Source: Patescibacteria group bacterium
GTDB lineage: Bacteria; Patescibacteriota; Microgenomatia; Daviesbacterales; UBA10151
DNA length: 56,478 bases
Reading direction: 5' to 3'
Assembly: GCA_023379125.1 (NCBI GenBank)
Contig: JAMCSY010000004.1
Location: 1-56,478 of the forward strand
Numbering within the stretch: the stretch's first letter is position 1; every line of letters starts with the position of its first letter. The notes under the pieces were generated by a model. That model had not been told where the DNA came from. It did no database searches and worked only from the letters and a program-made list of their open reading frames with translations. Below are positions 27,813 to 37,689 of the stretch, in pieces. Both the position numbers and the translations under genes were made by a program.

Positions 27813-29439
27813 AAAATTTATCGCTTTAATTATTATTATTTTGTTTGGAATTGGGGGCTTTTTCCGTTTCTATAACTTGAATTGGGACCAGGGACATTAT
27901 TTTCATCCTGACGAAAGAAATATCGCTAACGCGGTAGTTAAAATTCATTTCTTTGATCATTTAGACCCTGAATTTTTTGCCTATGGTGGCCTGTCTATTT
28001 ATCTATACCGCGCTGCTGGTGAAGTAATGGTAAGCCTTACTCATGATCCTACCTGGTTGTCCGATTGGGGAAAGATTGATGTCATTGGACGTTTTTTCTC
28101 TGCGCTCTTTGCTAGTTTAACAATCATTCCTTTGTATTTTTTGGGTCGCAGGGTTTTTAACCAAAAATTGGCAATAATTACTATCACTTTGTGGACTTTT
28201 GCCCCCTCAGCTATTCAGACAGCACATTTTGATGTGACTGAAAGTATTTTGACTTTATTGATTGTTGTTATTGCCCTACTCAGCGTTGAGCTACTAGAAA
28301 AACCTAGTATCAAAAAGTATTCTCTAACTGGTGCTGTCCTGGGTCTGTCATTGGCGGCTAAAACTACAGCGATTTCTTTTTTAGCTTTTCCTGGTGTTGC
28401 TTGGCTGGTAGAAATTTTCAAAAATAGACGTTTTCATTTAGGCAAAATCTGGCATGTTACATTCCTCTTGGAAGCGATGATTATTATCTTCTTACTTTTT
28501 TCTCCCTACACAGTTATTAATAATCAAAAATTTTTAGAATCAATGGATTATGAATCTGGCGTCGTTACTGGCAGACTGATTGTTCCTTACACCTTACAAT
28601 TTACTAACACCCCTCCCTATCTTTACCAATTAATTAACACTCTGTGGCAAGTTGGACCAATTGCCTTGCTTTTTGTGCCAGGAATTATTTTTTTATTGCT
28701 GAGCTTTTTAAAAACTAAAAACCTTAATTTCTTGCTGCTACTTTCTTTTCCCCTAGCTTACTTTGCTTATATTGGATCTTGGCATACTAAATTTATCAGG
28801 TACATGTTACCTATCTTACCTTTCTTTGTGATGTTTGCCGTGTACATTTTAACTAGTATTCATACCAAAGTTAAATGGTTAGGCACATTCTTAATTTTAA
28901 TATTTATAATTCCTAGTATTTATTGGGGTGTGGCTTTTTTTACTATTTATACCAGACCTCAAACTAGGATTACTGCTTCAGAGTGGATCTATCAAAATAT
29001 CCCAGCTGGTAGCTACTTACTGACAGAACACTGGGATGATGGGCTACCAATTGATATTCCCCACAATACTCCAGCAATTTATCGCATTGAACAGCTCAAA
29101 ATTTATGATCCAGATAATATCGCCAAAACTACTTATATGGCTGAACATTTAAGCCAAGGAAATTACTTAATCTTTAATAGCCGTAGATTATATGGCACTT
29201 TAATGTATCTGCCAGATAAATACCCAATTATGAGCAAATATTATCGTTTGCTTTTTGCAGATCAGTTAGGTTATCAAAGGGTGGCAGAGTTTACTTCTTA
29301 TCCTCAACTTTTGGGATTAACTATTAACGATGATAAAAGCGAAGAGACTTTTCAAGTTTATGATCATCCTAAGGTAATGATTTATAAAAATGTTTCCCAT
29401 TATCCAGCCAGTTTTTATGAAAATATCCTAGCTAACTGA
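27802..29439 (+). CDS. GT-C fold glycosyltransferase (family 39 / ArnT/PMT-like), polytopic membrane protein
   Basis: More than 10 hydrophobic helices. First-loop motif YFHPDERN. Its start overlaps the upstream gene by 11 nt. Confidence 0.6.
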   Translation: MISKKFIALIIIILFGIGGFFRFYNLNWDQGHYFHPDERNIANAVVKIHFFDHLDPEFFAYGGLSIYLYRAAGEVMVSLTHDPTWLSDWGKIDVIGRFFSALFASLTIIPLYFLGRRVFNQKLAIITITLWTFAPSAIQTAHFDVTESILTLLIVVIALLSVELLEKPSIKKYSLTGAVLGLSLAAKTTAISFLAFPGVAWLVEIFKNRRFHLGKIWHVTFLLEAMIIIFLLFSPYTVINNQKFLESMDYESGVVTGRLIVPYTLQFTNTPPYLYQLINTLWQVGPIALLFVPGIIFLLLSFLKTKNLNFLLLLSFPLAYFAYIGSWHTKFIRYMLPILPFFVMFAVYILTSIHTKVKWLGTFLILIFIIPSIYWGVAFFTIYTRPQTRITASEWIYQNIPAGSYLLTEHWDDGLPIDIPHNTPAIYRIEQLKIYDPDNIAKTTYMAEHLSQGNYLIFNSRRLYGTLMYLPDKYPIMSKYYRLLFADQLGYQRVAEFTSYPQLLGLTINDDKSEETFQVYDHPKVMIYKNVSHYPASFYENILAN

Positions 29440-29477
29440 CTTCTCTCATCAATGGTAAGTAGTGTTAAAATTAACAA

Positions 29478-31613
29478 GTGAATTTATTTTTTAGTGAAGT
29501 TTTTCAGTGGTGGTTAATTCTCTTTTTACTTGGTCTAACTTTTTTACCTTTAACTACTTTGATTTTTAGTAATTTCTTTGATAAAGGTTATGCCCTAGCT
29601 AAAGTTGTTGGTCTTTTGTTAGTTAGCTACCTGGTATGGATTTTAGGTAGCATCAGATTATTACCTTTTACTACGACAACCATATTTGAAATTATCGGAC
29701 TTAGCTTAGTCATTAATTTATTAATCTCCTATCGCTTTTCTTTGACTAAAATTATTCTTTCTTTGAAAAAGATTATCCTCATAGAAGAGATTTTCTTTTT
29801 TACTGGTCTTATCTTGTGGGCCTGGGTGAGAGCTCATGAGCCCTCGATTCATGGTTTGGAAAAATTCATGGATTTTGGTTTTATCAATTCACTATTAAGG
29901 ACAGAATATTTTCCACCTCGAGATTTATGGTTAACCCCAGACTCTATTAATTATTACTATTTCGGTCATTATGTGGCTGCTTTACTCACAAAGATTTCTG
30001 GGCTCAGCTCTGATATCACATACAATTTAGTTTTAGCCACTTTATTTGCCCTCACCATCACTGCAGCTTTTGCCATCGGGGCCAATCTTTATCACCTCTT
30101 CACTACTAATTTAAGTTCAGAAAACAATGAACATCATCGCTTGTTAAAGAAGAGATGGTTAATTGTAAGTGGCACAATGAGTGCTTTTTTGGTTGCTCTG
30201 GGGGGTAATTTACATACGATCTATGTTTTCTTTAAGTCTTACGTGCCAGCTGACCAACCCGTGCCTTTTTGGCAGCTACCTTTACAGTTTAATCCTAGTG
30301 GTTATTGGTACCCCAATGCTACTCGTTTTATCCCTTTTACCATTCATGAGTTTCCAATTTATTCATTTGTGGTAGCTGATTTACATGGACATGTTTTGGA
30401 TATTCCTTTTGTCATTTTGGGAATTGCTCTGGCAATTAAATTTATCTACCAATCACACACTCCCATCTGGCACTACTTAGTTTTTGGTTTGCTCATCGCA
30501 GTTTTCTTGATGACCAATGTCCTGGATGGACCAATCTACCTGCTACTAGCTTTTTTACTGATTCTCTTTAAAAACTTAAAAAGTCATTCTTTTACCTTTT
30601 CCTTGGAAGCAGCATTAAAATACAGCTTACTCATCGGGGCTTCAGCTGTAGTATTTTCTCTACCCTTCTGGATTGCATTTAAACCGTTTGCCTCAGGGAT
30701 TGGTGTCTTGTGCGCTCCCAATTTTCTCATTCATCTTGGTAAAATTGGTCCATTCCTCTTTGAGGCTAATCACTGCATGAGATCACCACTATGGATGTTA
30801 ACAATCTTGTGGGGCTTTTTCTATTTAATCTGGATTGGTTTTATTATCTTATTATTACGCAGGAAATTAACTAAATTTAAAGAGCTCAACCGCACTGATT
30901 ATCTAATTATTTTGTTTGGAGTTTTTGCCACAATCCTGATCATGATTCCCGAGTTTGTATATGCAAAAGATATTTATCCGCAACATTATCGAGCTAATAC
31001 TGTTTTTAAATTTGGTTATCAAGCTTTTATCACTTTAGGATTAATTGGCGGCTATGGTATCAGTCGTATTCTATCGCGTACTAAAAGGCCAATCATCTAT
31101 TTGATCTTTTTAGTTGCTGGTTTTGTCTTAGTGGGAATTTATCCTTATTTTGCCATTAATTCTTACTATAACCTCAGTAGACCTGCACAAGGCTTAAATG
31201 GTTTTAACTATTTTTCTGCCATTTATCCAGATGACTATCAAGCAATTTTATGGCTGAGACAAAACATCCCCGGACAACCAGTCATTTTAGAAGCTCAAGG
31301 TGATTCCTATACTGACTTTGCTCGCGTTTCCGCGAACACAGGACTACCGACTGTGGTTGGTTGGCCTGTTCATGAATGGCTTTGGCGTGGTTCGTATGAC
31401 GAACCAGGTAAAAGATCAACCGAAGTCACCCAAGCTTATGAAAGTCCAGATATTAACCTAACCAAAGCATTACTTTCCAAATATGATGTTAAATATGTTT
31501 TTATTGGGGACCTGGAAAAGCAAAAATATCTTAATCTTGATGAAGCTAAATTTGCTTCTTTAGGCAAGGTTGTTTATCAGAATGCTGGCACCAGAATTTA
31601 TGAGCTTAATTAA
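29478..31613 (+). CDS. DUF2298 / chlor_Arch_YYY-domain polytopic membrane protein
   Basis: INYYYFGHYVAA signature and many TM helices. GTG start. Confidence 0.65.
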   Translation: MNLFFSEVFQWWLILFLLGLTFLPLTTLIFSNFFDKGYALAKVVGLLLVSYLVWILGSIRLLPFTTTTIFEIIGLSLVINLLISYRFSLTKIILSLKKIILIEEIFFFTGLILWAWVRAHEPSIHGLEKFMDFGFINSLLRTEYFPPRDLWLTPDSINYYYFGHYVAALLTKISGLSSDITYNLVLATLFALTITAAFAIGANLYHLFTTNLSSENNEHHRLLKKRWLIVSGTMSAFLVALGGNLHTIYVFFKSYVPADQPVPFWQLPLQFNPSGYWYPNATRFIPFTIHEFPIYSFVVADLHGHVLDIPFVILGIALAIKFIYQSHTPIWHYLVFGLLIAVFLMTNVLDGPIYLLLAFLLILFKNLKSHSFTFSLEAALKYSLLIGASAVVFSLPFWIAFKPFASGIGVLCAPNFLIHLGKIGPFLFEANHCMRSPLWMLTILWGFFYLIWIGFIILLLRRKLTKFKELNRTDYLIILFGVFATILIMIPEFVYAKDIYPQHYRANTVFKFGYQAFITLGLIGGYGISRILSRTKRPIIYLIFLVAGFVLVGIYPYFAINSYYNLSRPAQGLNGFNYFSAIYPDDYQAILWLRQNIPGQPVILEAQGDSYTDFARVSANTGLPTVVGWPVHEWLWRGSYDEPGKRSTEVTQAYESPDINLTKALLSKYDVKYVFIGDLEKQKYLNLDEAKFASLGKVVYQNAGTRIYELN

Positions 31614-32140
31614 AGTATCGTTACTTCATCAACAGTATAAATCCAAATTTGCACAGCTCTTTGCCTGACAGGATTTTTACCTGTCCCATCTCTCCCATCA
31701 AATTCAAAAGCAGCAATTTCTTGATATTTACCCAGTTGCAGCTCACCCCCTTTAACAGGCACCATCACTGATGGATAAGCAAATAACATTGATCTGATAT
31801 GAGAAGCTGCATTATAGTCTTCATCTATTTCATTACAGTAGGGATTATCCTGACAGCGGTGCAAATAGTCGGTGGTGGGATGAGGATAATCTTTGATCGC
31901 ATGCGATGAGCGTTTATCTTCGGGGATAGTATTTAAAGCATGAGTAACAATGTCTTCTAATAGATGTGGTTCGGCAATCTCTTGCACCACTAGTCCTAAG
32001 GTGGTGTGTTTACTGTTTACTACTACTAAGCCATGCTGAACACCAGAGGTTGCTAAAACACTTTTAACTTCACTGGTCAGATTTTTAAAATATGTATGTG
32101 TTTTGGAGGCAAATTTAACTTCCCTTAAATAAGCTTTCAT
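31610..32140 (-). CDS. YjbQ/UPF0047 family protein (secondary thiamine-phosphate synthase-like)
   Basis: HTTLGLVVQEIAEPHLLEDI and NAASHIRSMLF...GELQLGKYQEIAAFEFDG. Confidence 0.7.
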   Translation of the reverse strand: MKAYLREVKFASKTHTYFKNLTSEVKSVLATSGVQHGLVVVNSKHTTLGLVVQEIAEPHLLEDIVTHALNTIPEDKRSSHAIKDYPHPTTDYLHRCQDNPYCNEIDEDYNAASHIRSMLFAYPSVMVPVKGGELQLGKYQEIAAFEFDGRDGTGKNPVRQRAVQIWIYTVDEVTIL

Positions 32141-32193
32141 GTTAAAGTATATTTACAGCGTTTATTTAACCTCCTGATTTATTAGTCTGGATT

Positions 32194-32748
32194 ATGGACA
32201 AAACCCCACATAATTCTCTCACTTACCAAAGTTTCTCTTTACTTTACCAAAAATTTGCCTTGCCGTTAATGAAATTCTTAATCAAAAGAATGAGTGGTAA
32301 CAAACAGGCAGCAGCAGAAGTTTTTGCCAGTACAATGAGTGCTGCTTGGCAAAGTTATCACACTTTTCAAAACAAGTCACAGTTTTTTACCTGGCTTTGT
32401 CGGATTGCTATAAATAAAATGGCTGATTATTACCGAGAGCAAATCAATGACCAATCAAAATGGATTGCTCCAGGTTTAGAGTTTTTAGCTCAGCTGAAGA
32501 GCAAGGACCCTACCCCAGAGGAAAAACTGGCATTAAAAGAATTAAGACAATCAGTGATCAACTGTCTCAATTTGTTGCCTGCCGAAAAAAGACAGCTACT
32601 TTATTTTCGTTATTGGCAAGAACTATCTATTGAGGCAATTGCTCAAATTTTAGGAATTAGTGAGCGTGCAGCGGAAGGAAAAATCTATCGGGCTAAACTA
32701 TCCCTCAAGGAAGTAATTGTAGAAAATTATCCAGATCTAACCCACTAG
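32194..32748 (+). CDS. ECF-type RNA polymerase sigma-70 family factor
   Basis: Region 2-like FFTWLCRIAINKMADYYRE. Region 4 LPAEKRQLLYFRYWQELSIEAIAQILGISERAAEGKIYRAK. Confidence 0.8.
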   Translation: MDKTPHNSLTYQSFSLLYQKFALPLMKFLIKRMSGNKQAAAEVFASTMSAAWQSYHTFQNKSQFFTWLCRIAINKMADYYREQINDQSKWIAPGLEFLAQLKSKDPTPEEKLALKELRQSVINCLNLLPAEKRQLLYFRYWQELSIEAIAQILGISERAAEGKIYRAKLSLKEVIVENYPDLTH

Positions 32749-32749
32749 T

Positions 32750-33784
32750 TTAGCGCTCTCTAGCCACTAACAGATCCGCCATGCTTAACAACAGTTGTTG
32801 ATAGTGTGAATTAATCTCCATCTTCACTACTACATCTTTAGCTTTTTTAACTAGCTGATCAGCTTTTTTTTGTGAATACGAGAGAGCACCTGTTTGAGTA
32901 AAAATTTGCCTAATCTGTTCTAGCTCCTCTAAACTAATCTTACCCTTACCGTACAAGCTGTTTAAAACTTTCTGCTGCTTACTATCTGCTTTTTGTTTTG
33001 CACTCAGTATTAATAAAGTATGCTTACCCTCCTCCGCATCAGAGGTAATTGATTTACCAGTTACTTTTTCCTCACCAAAAATCCCTAAAATATCATCCTG
33101 AATCTGAAAAGCAATGCCTAAGTTCTCACCATACTCTTGAATTTGCTTTAATAATTTTTCTGAACCAGCAGCTAAGATCACACCTAAGCTCAACGGTCCA
33201 ATGACTGTGTAATGGGCTGTTTTGAGTTTAAATAATGTCAGGATTTCTGCTTCAGATTTTTCTCTACCTGAAGTTGGTAACGCCACATCAAGCATCTCCC
33301 CAGTTGCTGTTTCTAAAACTGTCTGAACAAAACATTGTAGAGCTTTATTTTTAGAGTCGTCGGGAAAATTGCTTTCGGTAATTAATTTTTGTGCTAAAAA
33401 AAATCCCATATCACCCAAGCAAATAGCTTGCGAAAGTCCATAATGGTTTCCACCGAGAGCTTGCCAGAGAGCAGGCTTACCTCTTCTTAAGCGACTACGG
33501 TCAATAATATCATCATGAGCCAAAATGGCAGTTTGAAAAATTTCATAAGCGATCGCTGGCTGTAAAATCTCTAAACTTTGTCCACCAGCTAACTCATAAC
33601 CAAGTTTAACTAAAACTCCACGTAACCTACTACCACCCAAGTTAGCCTCAGCAAAAGCCTGGTGCAAACTGCTTAGTTGAGGCGTGAAGCCTGTAATTTG
33701 CTGTTGCCAATTTGTTAAAAAGTTGCTTAATTCTTGGTTTATTTGCCCAGCAGTTGTTTTTAAATAATCAGCAAAATTATCCAT
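32750..33784 (-). CDS. Polyprenyl (geranylgeranyl/farnesyl) diphosphate synthase
   Basis: First DDxxD motif at ILAHDDIIDRS and second at QIQDDILG. Confidence 0.85.
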   Translation of the reverse strand: MDNFADYLKTTAGQINQELSNFLTNWQQQITGFTPQLSSLHQAFAEANLGGSRLRGVLVKLGYELAGGQSLEILQPAIAYEIFQTAILAHDDIIDRSRLRRGKPALWQALGGNHYGLSQAICLGDMGFFLAQKLITESNFPDDSKNKALQCFVQTVLETATGEMLDVALPTSGREKSEAEILTLFKLKTAHYTVIGPLSLGVILAAGSEKLLKQIQEYGENLGIAFQIQDDILGIFGEEKVTGKSITSDAEEGKHTLLILSAKQKADSKQQKVLNSLYGKGKISLEELEQIRQIFTQTGALSYSQKKADQLVKKAKDVVVKMEINSHYQQLLLSMADLLVARER

Positions 33785-33792
33785 CGAAGTGA

Positions 33793-34497
33793 TTATATTC
33801 TTGCCTTCACCTTATCATTAACACAATTAGTTATCCAATCAGTTAGATTACTTAAGTCTTGTTTAATTATTAGCAGTTCTGGGCGATGCCAACGGGGACT
33901 AAACTCTTCTTCTCCTTTTAAATATTTCCATGAATCTACATTTAACCAGTCTTGACCGTAAATTGCCGGTTGAGGTAATCTGTCATCAGTATTTCCACAA
34001 ACATCACCGAGCATTTCTATTCTGGCAATTTGACCAGCAGGCCATTGGTAACCATAATAATAACCTGTATCCCATGGTAAAACTTTAGCATATCTTTGAG
34101 CATCATAGACAGCAAACACCGTGGCCACATCTATCCCCAGAAAACTAGATACCTCTTGCAAACGTTTCACTAGATCTGAGGCATGAAAACCATATCTCAT
34201 ATACTCAGTTAAGATGAGCAGGCGCGAGTGTGGGTTAAAAGCTTCAGGAATATTAAGGCTCCTACCAATCCGGGTAGTTTCCCTACCCAACCACCAAGTA
34301 TCAATTGGAGGTTGCTCATGGTCTCGCCTGAAACGGTCAACCACACCTGTAAAAACTAACCCCGGTACTCTGGCACTGATCCCCTCCACTACCAGTAAGT
34401 CATAATTATCATTTAAAAACCCTGGCAACACCTGGGTTATTAAGTCTCCTAATGGCTCAGCTAGTTCAGCTATTAAGTTGTTTTTGAGTTCTACCAT
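33793..34497 (-). CDS. Hypothetical protein (possibly a degenerate phosphoribosyltransferase-like fold)
   Basis: 234-aa ORF. LLILTEYMRYGFHASDL is only loosely PRPP-loop-like. Confidence 0.5.
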   Translation of the reverse strand: MVELKNNLIAELAEPLGDLITQVLPGFLNDNYDLLVVEGISARVPGLVFTGVVDRFRRDHEQPPIDTWWLGRETTRIGRSLNIPEAFNPHSRLLILTEYMRYGFHASDLVKRLQEVSSFLGIDVATVFAVYDAQRYAKVLPWDTGYYYGYQWPAGQIARIEMLGDVCGNTDDRLPQPAIYGQDWLNVDSWKYLKGEEEFSPRWHRPELLIIKQDLSNLTDWITNCVNDKVKARI

Positions 34498-34552
34498 AGG
34501 GAATCAATGCGAATATTGTAGGTAAAAAAGAGTAAAGTTGCAAAATACTCAG

Positions 34553-35380
34553 TTATTTTAAGTAAGAATCAACTATTGATTGCATCTCGGTATAGTTGTA
34601 CGCTCCAGCAAAATTCGTGGTATTAAGGAAAAATCCTGGTGTTCCTGACACACCCAAAGAAGAGGCCAACGCAGTCTCTGTCTGTAAACGACTAGCATAT
34701 TTCCCACTATCGAGGCATTGCTTCATGGTATTAACATCAAAAACTGGTTTTAGGAAATTAGCCAGATCAGCTGATTTAGTTTTATCATTTTTGACTACAT
34801 TATTGAGTAAATCATAACCCTTGGAGCTATTTAACATATCACTAACTTCCCAAAACTTCCCCTCCTCAAAAGCACAATATAAAGCTTGAGCTCCCATTTC
34901 TCCATTTCCATGTCCAGGAAAGTAAATATAACTAAAGGCTGCCTGGCTATTTTTGACCAGTTTTTCTAACTCAGGAACTGGAGCAACATAACTTCCTCCT
35001 TCAGAAGCCAGTAGAAACTGTGAGCCTGCTTGTTTATTCAGATCTGGATTTTGGCCACTCGCTATCTGACAATAAGGACAACTAGGATCAGCTATTTCTA
35101 GCACAATCAACTTACTATTAGTATCACCAAATTTAATTAAGGATTTATTAAAAGCACTTTTAACTTGATCCATGGTGACCTGGGGAGCTGCTGATGGAGC
35201 AGCATTAGTATTAGTTGTAGACTGAGTCGGGGTAGTTGTTGAGGCAGTTGAGTCTACTGAAAGTCCTCGCAGCTTAATTGTGCCATTGGAAACCAATATT
35301 GCTATCGCGATAATTAAACTACCAATCAAGATAGCGGCGGGAGTTGAAATAATATTAGCAGGCGTGTCTTCTGGGTTCAT
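34553..35380 (-). CDS. DsbA/thioredoxin-like thiol:disulfide oxidoreductase, membrane-anchored
   Basis: CPYC active site (ADPSCPYCQ), an N-terminal TM segment, and the GTPGFFL cis-Pro region. Confidence 0.8.
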   Translation of the reverse strand: MNPEDTPANIISTPAAILIGSLIIAIAILVSNGTIKLRGLSVDSTASTTTPTQSTTNTNAAPSAAPQVTMDQVKSAFNKSLIKFGDTNSKLIVLEIADPSCPYCQIASGQNPDLNKQAGSQFLLASEGGSYVAPVPELEKLVKNSQAAFSYIYFPGHGNGEMGAQALYCAFEEGKFWEVSDMLNSSKGYDLLNNVVKNDKTKSADLANFLKPVFDVNTMKQCLDSGKYASRLQTETALASSLGVSGTPGFFLNTTNFAGAYNYTEMQSIVDSYLK

Positions 35381-35422
35381 GTTTGAGTTAGTCTATTAGA
35401 GAGTACAAAAATTGTCAATTGT

Positions 35423-36001
35423 TTAGTGAAATTGATTTTGCGTCTCAGCTAATCCGTTTTTTAACAGATACTCAACTAAATCAACTGCCCCAGCAATCAT
35501 TGTTTTTACCTTAGTTTTTTCTTGGGGCAAGAAAGGCTCTAAAACAAAGTGACTAGCATCAAAGAAGGCTAAATCTTTTTCTCCTTGTTGAGAAATTTGG
35601 TTGCCAATCCCTAACCTCACTCTGACAAAATCATCTGTTCCCAGATTAGCTACAATTGATTCTATACCATGATGCCCAGCGGATCCCCCACCTTGCTTAA
35701 CTTTGATTTTACCTAGTGGTAAATCCAACTCATCATGAATCACAATCAAATCCCCCAGAGGAATTTTATAGAAATTAACTATCTTAGCCACTGCTAATCC
35801 AGAATTATTCATATAGGTTTGTGGCTCTATCAAAAAAAGCTGCTGATCTTGTAATACCTTACTTTTTAAACGTTCATCATGTGACCAGCTAGCGACGCTG
35901 GGTATTTTTTTACCCAACTCCTCTACCACTTGAAACCCTAAATTGTGTCTGGTAACAAGATATTGCTTGCCAGGATTGCCTAAACCAACAACAATTTTCA
36001 T
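35423..36001 (-). CDS. pth: Peptidyl-tRNA hydrolase
   Basis: MKIVVGLGNPGKQYLVTRHNLGF. The track start at 36004 is TTG. ATG at 36001 lies 6 nt after a TAAAAT box. Confidence 0.9.
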   Translation of the reverse strand: MKIVVGLGNPGKQYLVTRHNLGFQVVEELGKKIPSVASWSHDERLKSKVLQDQQLFLIEPQTYMNNSGLAVAKIVNFYKIPLGDLIVIHDELDLPLGKIKVKQGGGSAGHHGIESIVANLGTDDFVRVRLGIGNQISQQGEKDLAFFDASHFVLEPFLPQEKTKVKTMIAGAVDLVEYLLKNGLAETQNQFH

Positions 36002-36016
36002 CAAACTATTTTAACA

Positions 36017-37276
36017 TTAAAATAGACTCTGCTGAACTTGCTCCACTTGTTCTTCACCCCAAATTTTAATCTCACCATAAGTATTATCAAAACCAGGCTT
36101 AATCTCTACTTCACCGTGTCTTACCTTCTCCACACCTTCAGCTATTTTTTGTCCAGAATAGCTAGTAATCCTGGCAATTGGGACGGTAGTTAAAATATTA
36201 ATCTCATTATCTAAATGTTCAATTAGTTTATTATATTCAGCTTTGACTTTTTGAGCTGAGGTAGTCATTTTCAGACTATCAGCAATAATTTTTTCCAAGC
36301 CAATCAACATTTTAAAACCAGGTCTTTGGGAAAATGCCGCAGAGGTAATCAAACCATCTTTGGTGACCAGTTTCAGATCTTCGCTTGCTCTGGTTGCCAG
36401 TTTTTCTATTCTTTGAGCCACTCCAATTGTTAACTTCTTGCCACATTTTGGGCAAGTTTCACCCTGACTTAATACTTCCTCAGGAGAGAAAACCACCCCA
36501 CAGTCACGATGTCCAGAGTAATGATACTTTCCTTCTTCAGGAAAAAATTCAATGGTATAGTTAATATTTTGCTTTAACAGATCATCTTTTAACTCAGCAA
36601 AGGACAAGCCACCTTTAAAGACTGTCGCTTCCCTACCTAAATTTGGTAATGAATGGGCATCAGAGAAAGAAACAATTGCTTTGTGATCAAGATCAGCGAT
36701 ACGCCAATTCATCGCTGGTTCAGATGATAAACCTGTTTCCACAGCAAGAATATGTGATGATAAATCTTTAAAACACTCATTAAAAAAATCATAGCCAGAG
36801 TTGCTGCCAAACAAAGAAAACCAAGGTGTCCAGATATGAGCCGGGATAATCAAAGCTTGTGGCTCGGTTGTTAAAACCAGCGCTACCAAATCATGAGCAG
36901 ACAAACCCATGATTGGACGCCCATCTGAAGCTAAATTAACTCCTTTCTTGATCAACTCAAGTGAGATTTTATTTGCAGATTCAAGTGAAGGTAAGATCAA
37001 AACTAGATGTATCCTTTTGACTTTGCCTTGATCTGAGTAAATACAGGAAACCTCAGTAGTAGCTACAAATTTCACCCCCGCAAACTCATAAAAACCATCT
37101 TGGAATTTAGTCAAAGATGTCTGCAATTCTTTCTGCCAAATTGGATGCAAACAATCACCAGTTCCTAGTAAGTTAAGCCCTTTAATCTTGGCCCATTTGG
37201 CTAAATTTGGCACATTAATATCTTTGGAGCAAGCGCGGGAGAACCGAGAATGAAGATGTAAATCGGCAATATACAT
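36017..37276 (-). CDS. PHP-domain protein of the endonuclease Q (TIGR00375) type
   Basis: MYIADLHLHSRFSRACS...LLGTGDCLHPIW and the zinc ribbon CPKCGKKL. Confidence 0.6.
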   Translation of the reverse strand: MYIADLHLHSRFSRACSKDINVPNLAKWAKIKGLNLLGTGDCLHPIWQKELQTSLTKFQDGFYEFAGVKFVATTEVSCIYSDQGKVKRIHLVLILPSLESANKISLELIKKGVNLASDGRPIMGLSAHDLVALVLTTEPQALIIPAHIWTPWFSLFGSNSGYDFFNECFKDLSSHILAVETGLSSEPAMNWRIADLDHKAIVSFSDAHSLPNLGREATVFKGGLSFAELKDDLLKQNINYTIEFFPEEGKYHYSGHRDCGVVFSPEEVLSQGETCPKCGKKLTIGVAQRIEKLATRASEDLKLVTKDGLITSAAFSQRPGFKMLIGLEKIIADSLKMTTSAQKVKAEYNKLIEHLDNEINILTTVPIARITSYSGQKIAEGVEKVRHGEVEIKPGFDNTYGEIKIWGEEQVEQVQQSLF

Positions 37277-37311
37277 AGGCTCATTTTAACTTAAATTAAG
37301 ACTAGTTAAAA

Positions 37312-37340
37312 TTGACAAAAATGGTGAACTATGGGATAAT
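37312..37340 (+). promoter_or_regulatory. Sigma70-like promoter TTGACA-17-GATAAT, 8 nt upstream of the ATG at 37349
   Basis: Plus strand reads TTGACA AAAATGGTGAACTATGG GATAAT ATATGTGT ATG. Confidence 0.55.
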
Positions 37341-37348
37341 ATATGTGT

Positions 37349-37582
37349 ATGCAACCTATCGAAACCCACCCAGATGCCTTACAGACTTTCTGTCATACAG
37401 AAAGTCTTTCTGATGCCCAGTTGAAAGAGCTAACAATCGCGCATCCAGAAATTGAGGCAAGCACAACTAGATCTGATATTAGACCCTTCGTGGGAGCACT
37501 CGCTGCTTTAGCTCTTTTAGTCCCTGTATCTCAAGAGTTGCCTAAAATATTTCAAATTGTAGAACAAATTTTTAAACACTAG
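37349..37582 (+). CDS. Small hypothetical protein with a C-terminal hydrophobic segment
   Basis: The track start at 37343 lies only 2 nt after the -10 box, so the second ATG (37349) fits a leaderless start better. Confidence 0.45.
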   Translation: MQPIETHPDALQTFCHTESLSDAQLKELTIAHPEIEASTTRSDIRPFVGALAALALLVPVSQELPKIFQIVEQIFKH

Positions 37583-37689
37583 GCCAACCAATCCTCTGTT
37601 GCTGCTCACCCATTTCCTCTGATTCTTCCACAGAGTTATATCTATTGCTTTTTAAGTGTATGGGGAATCTGCAAACAAGCGTGAAGTAA

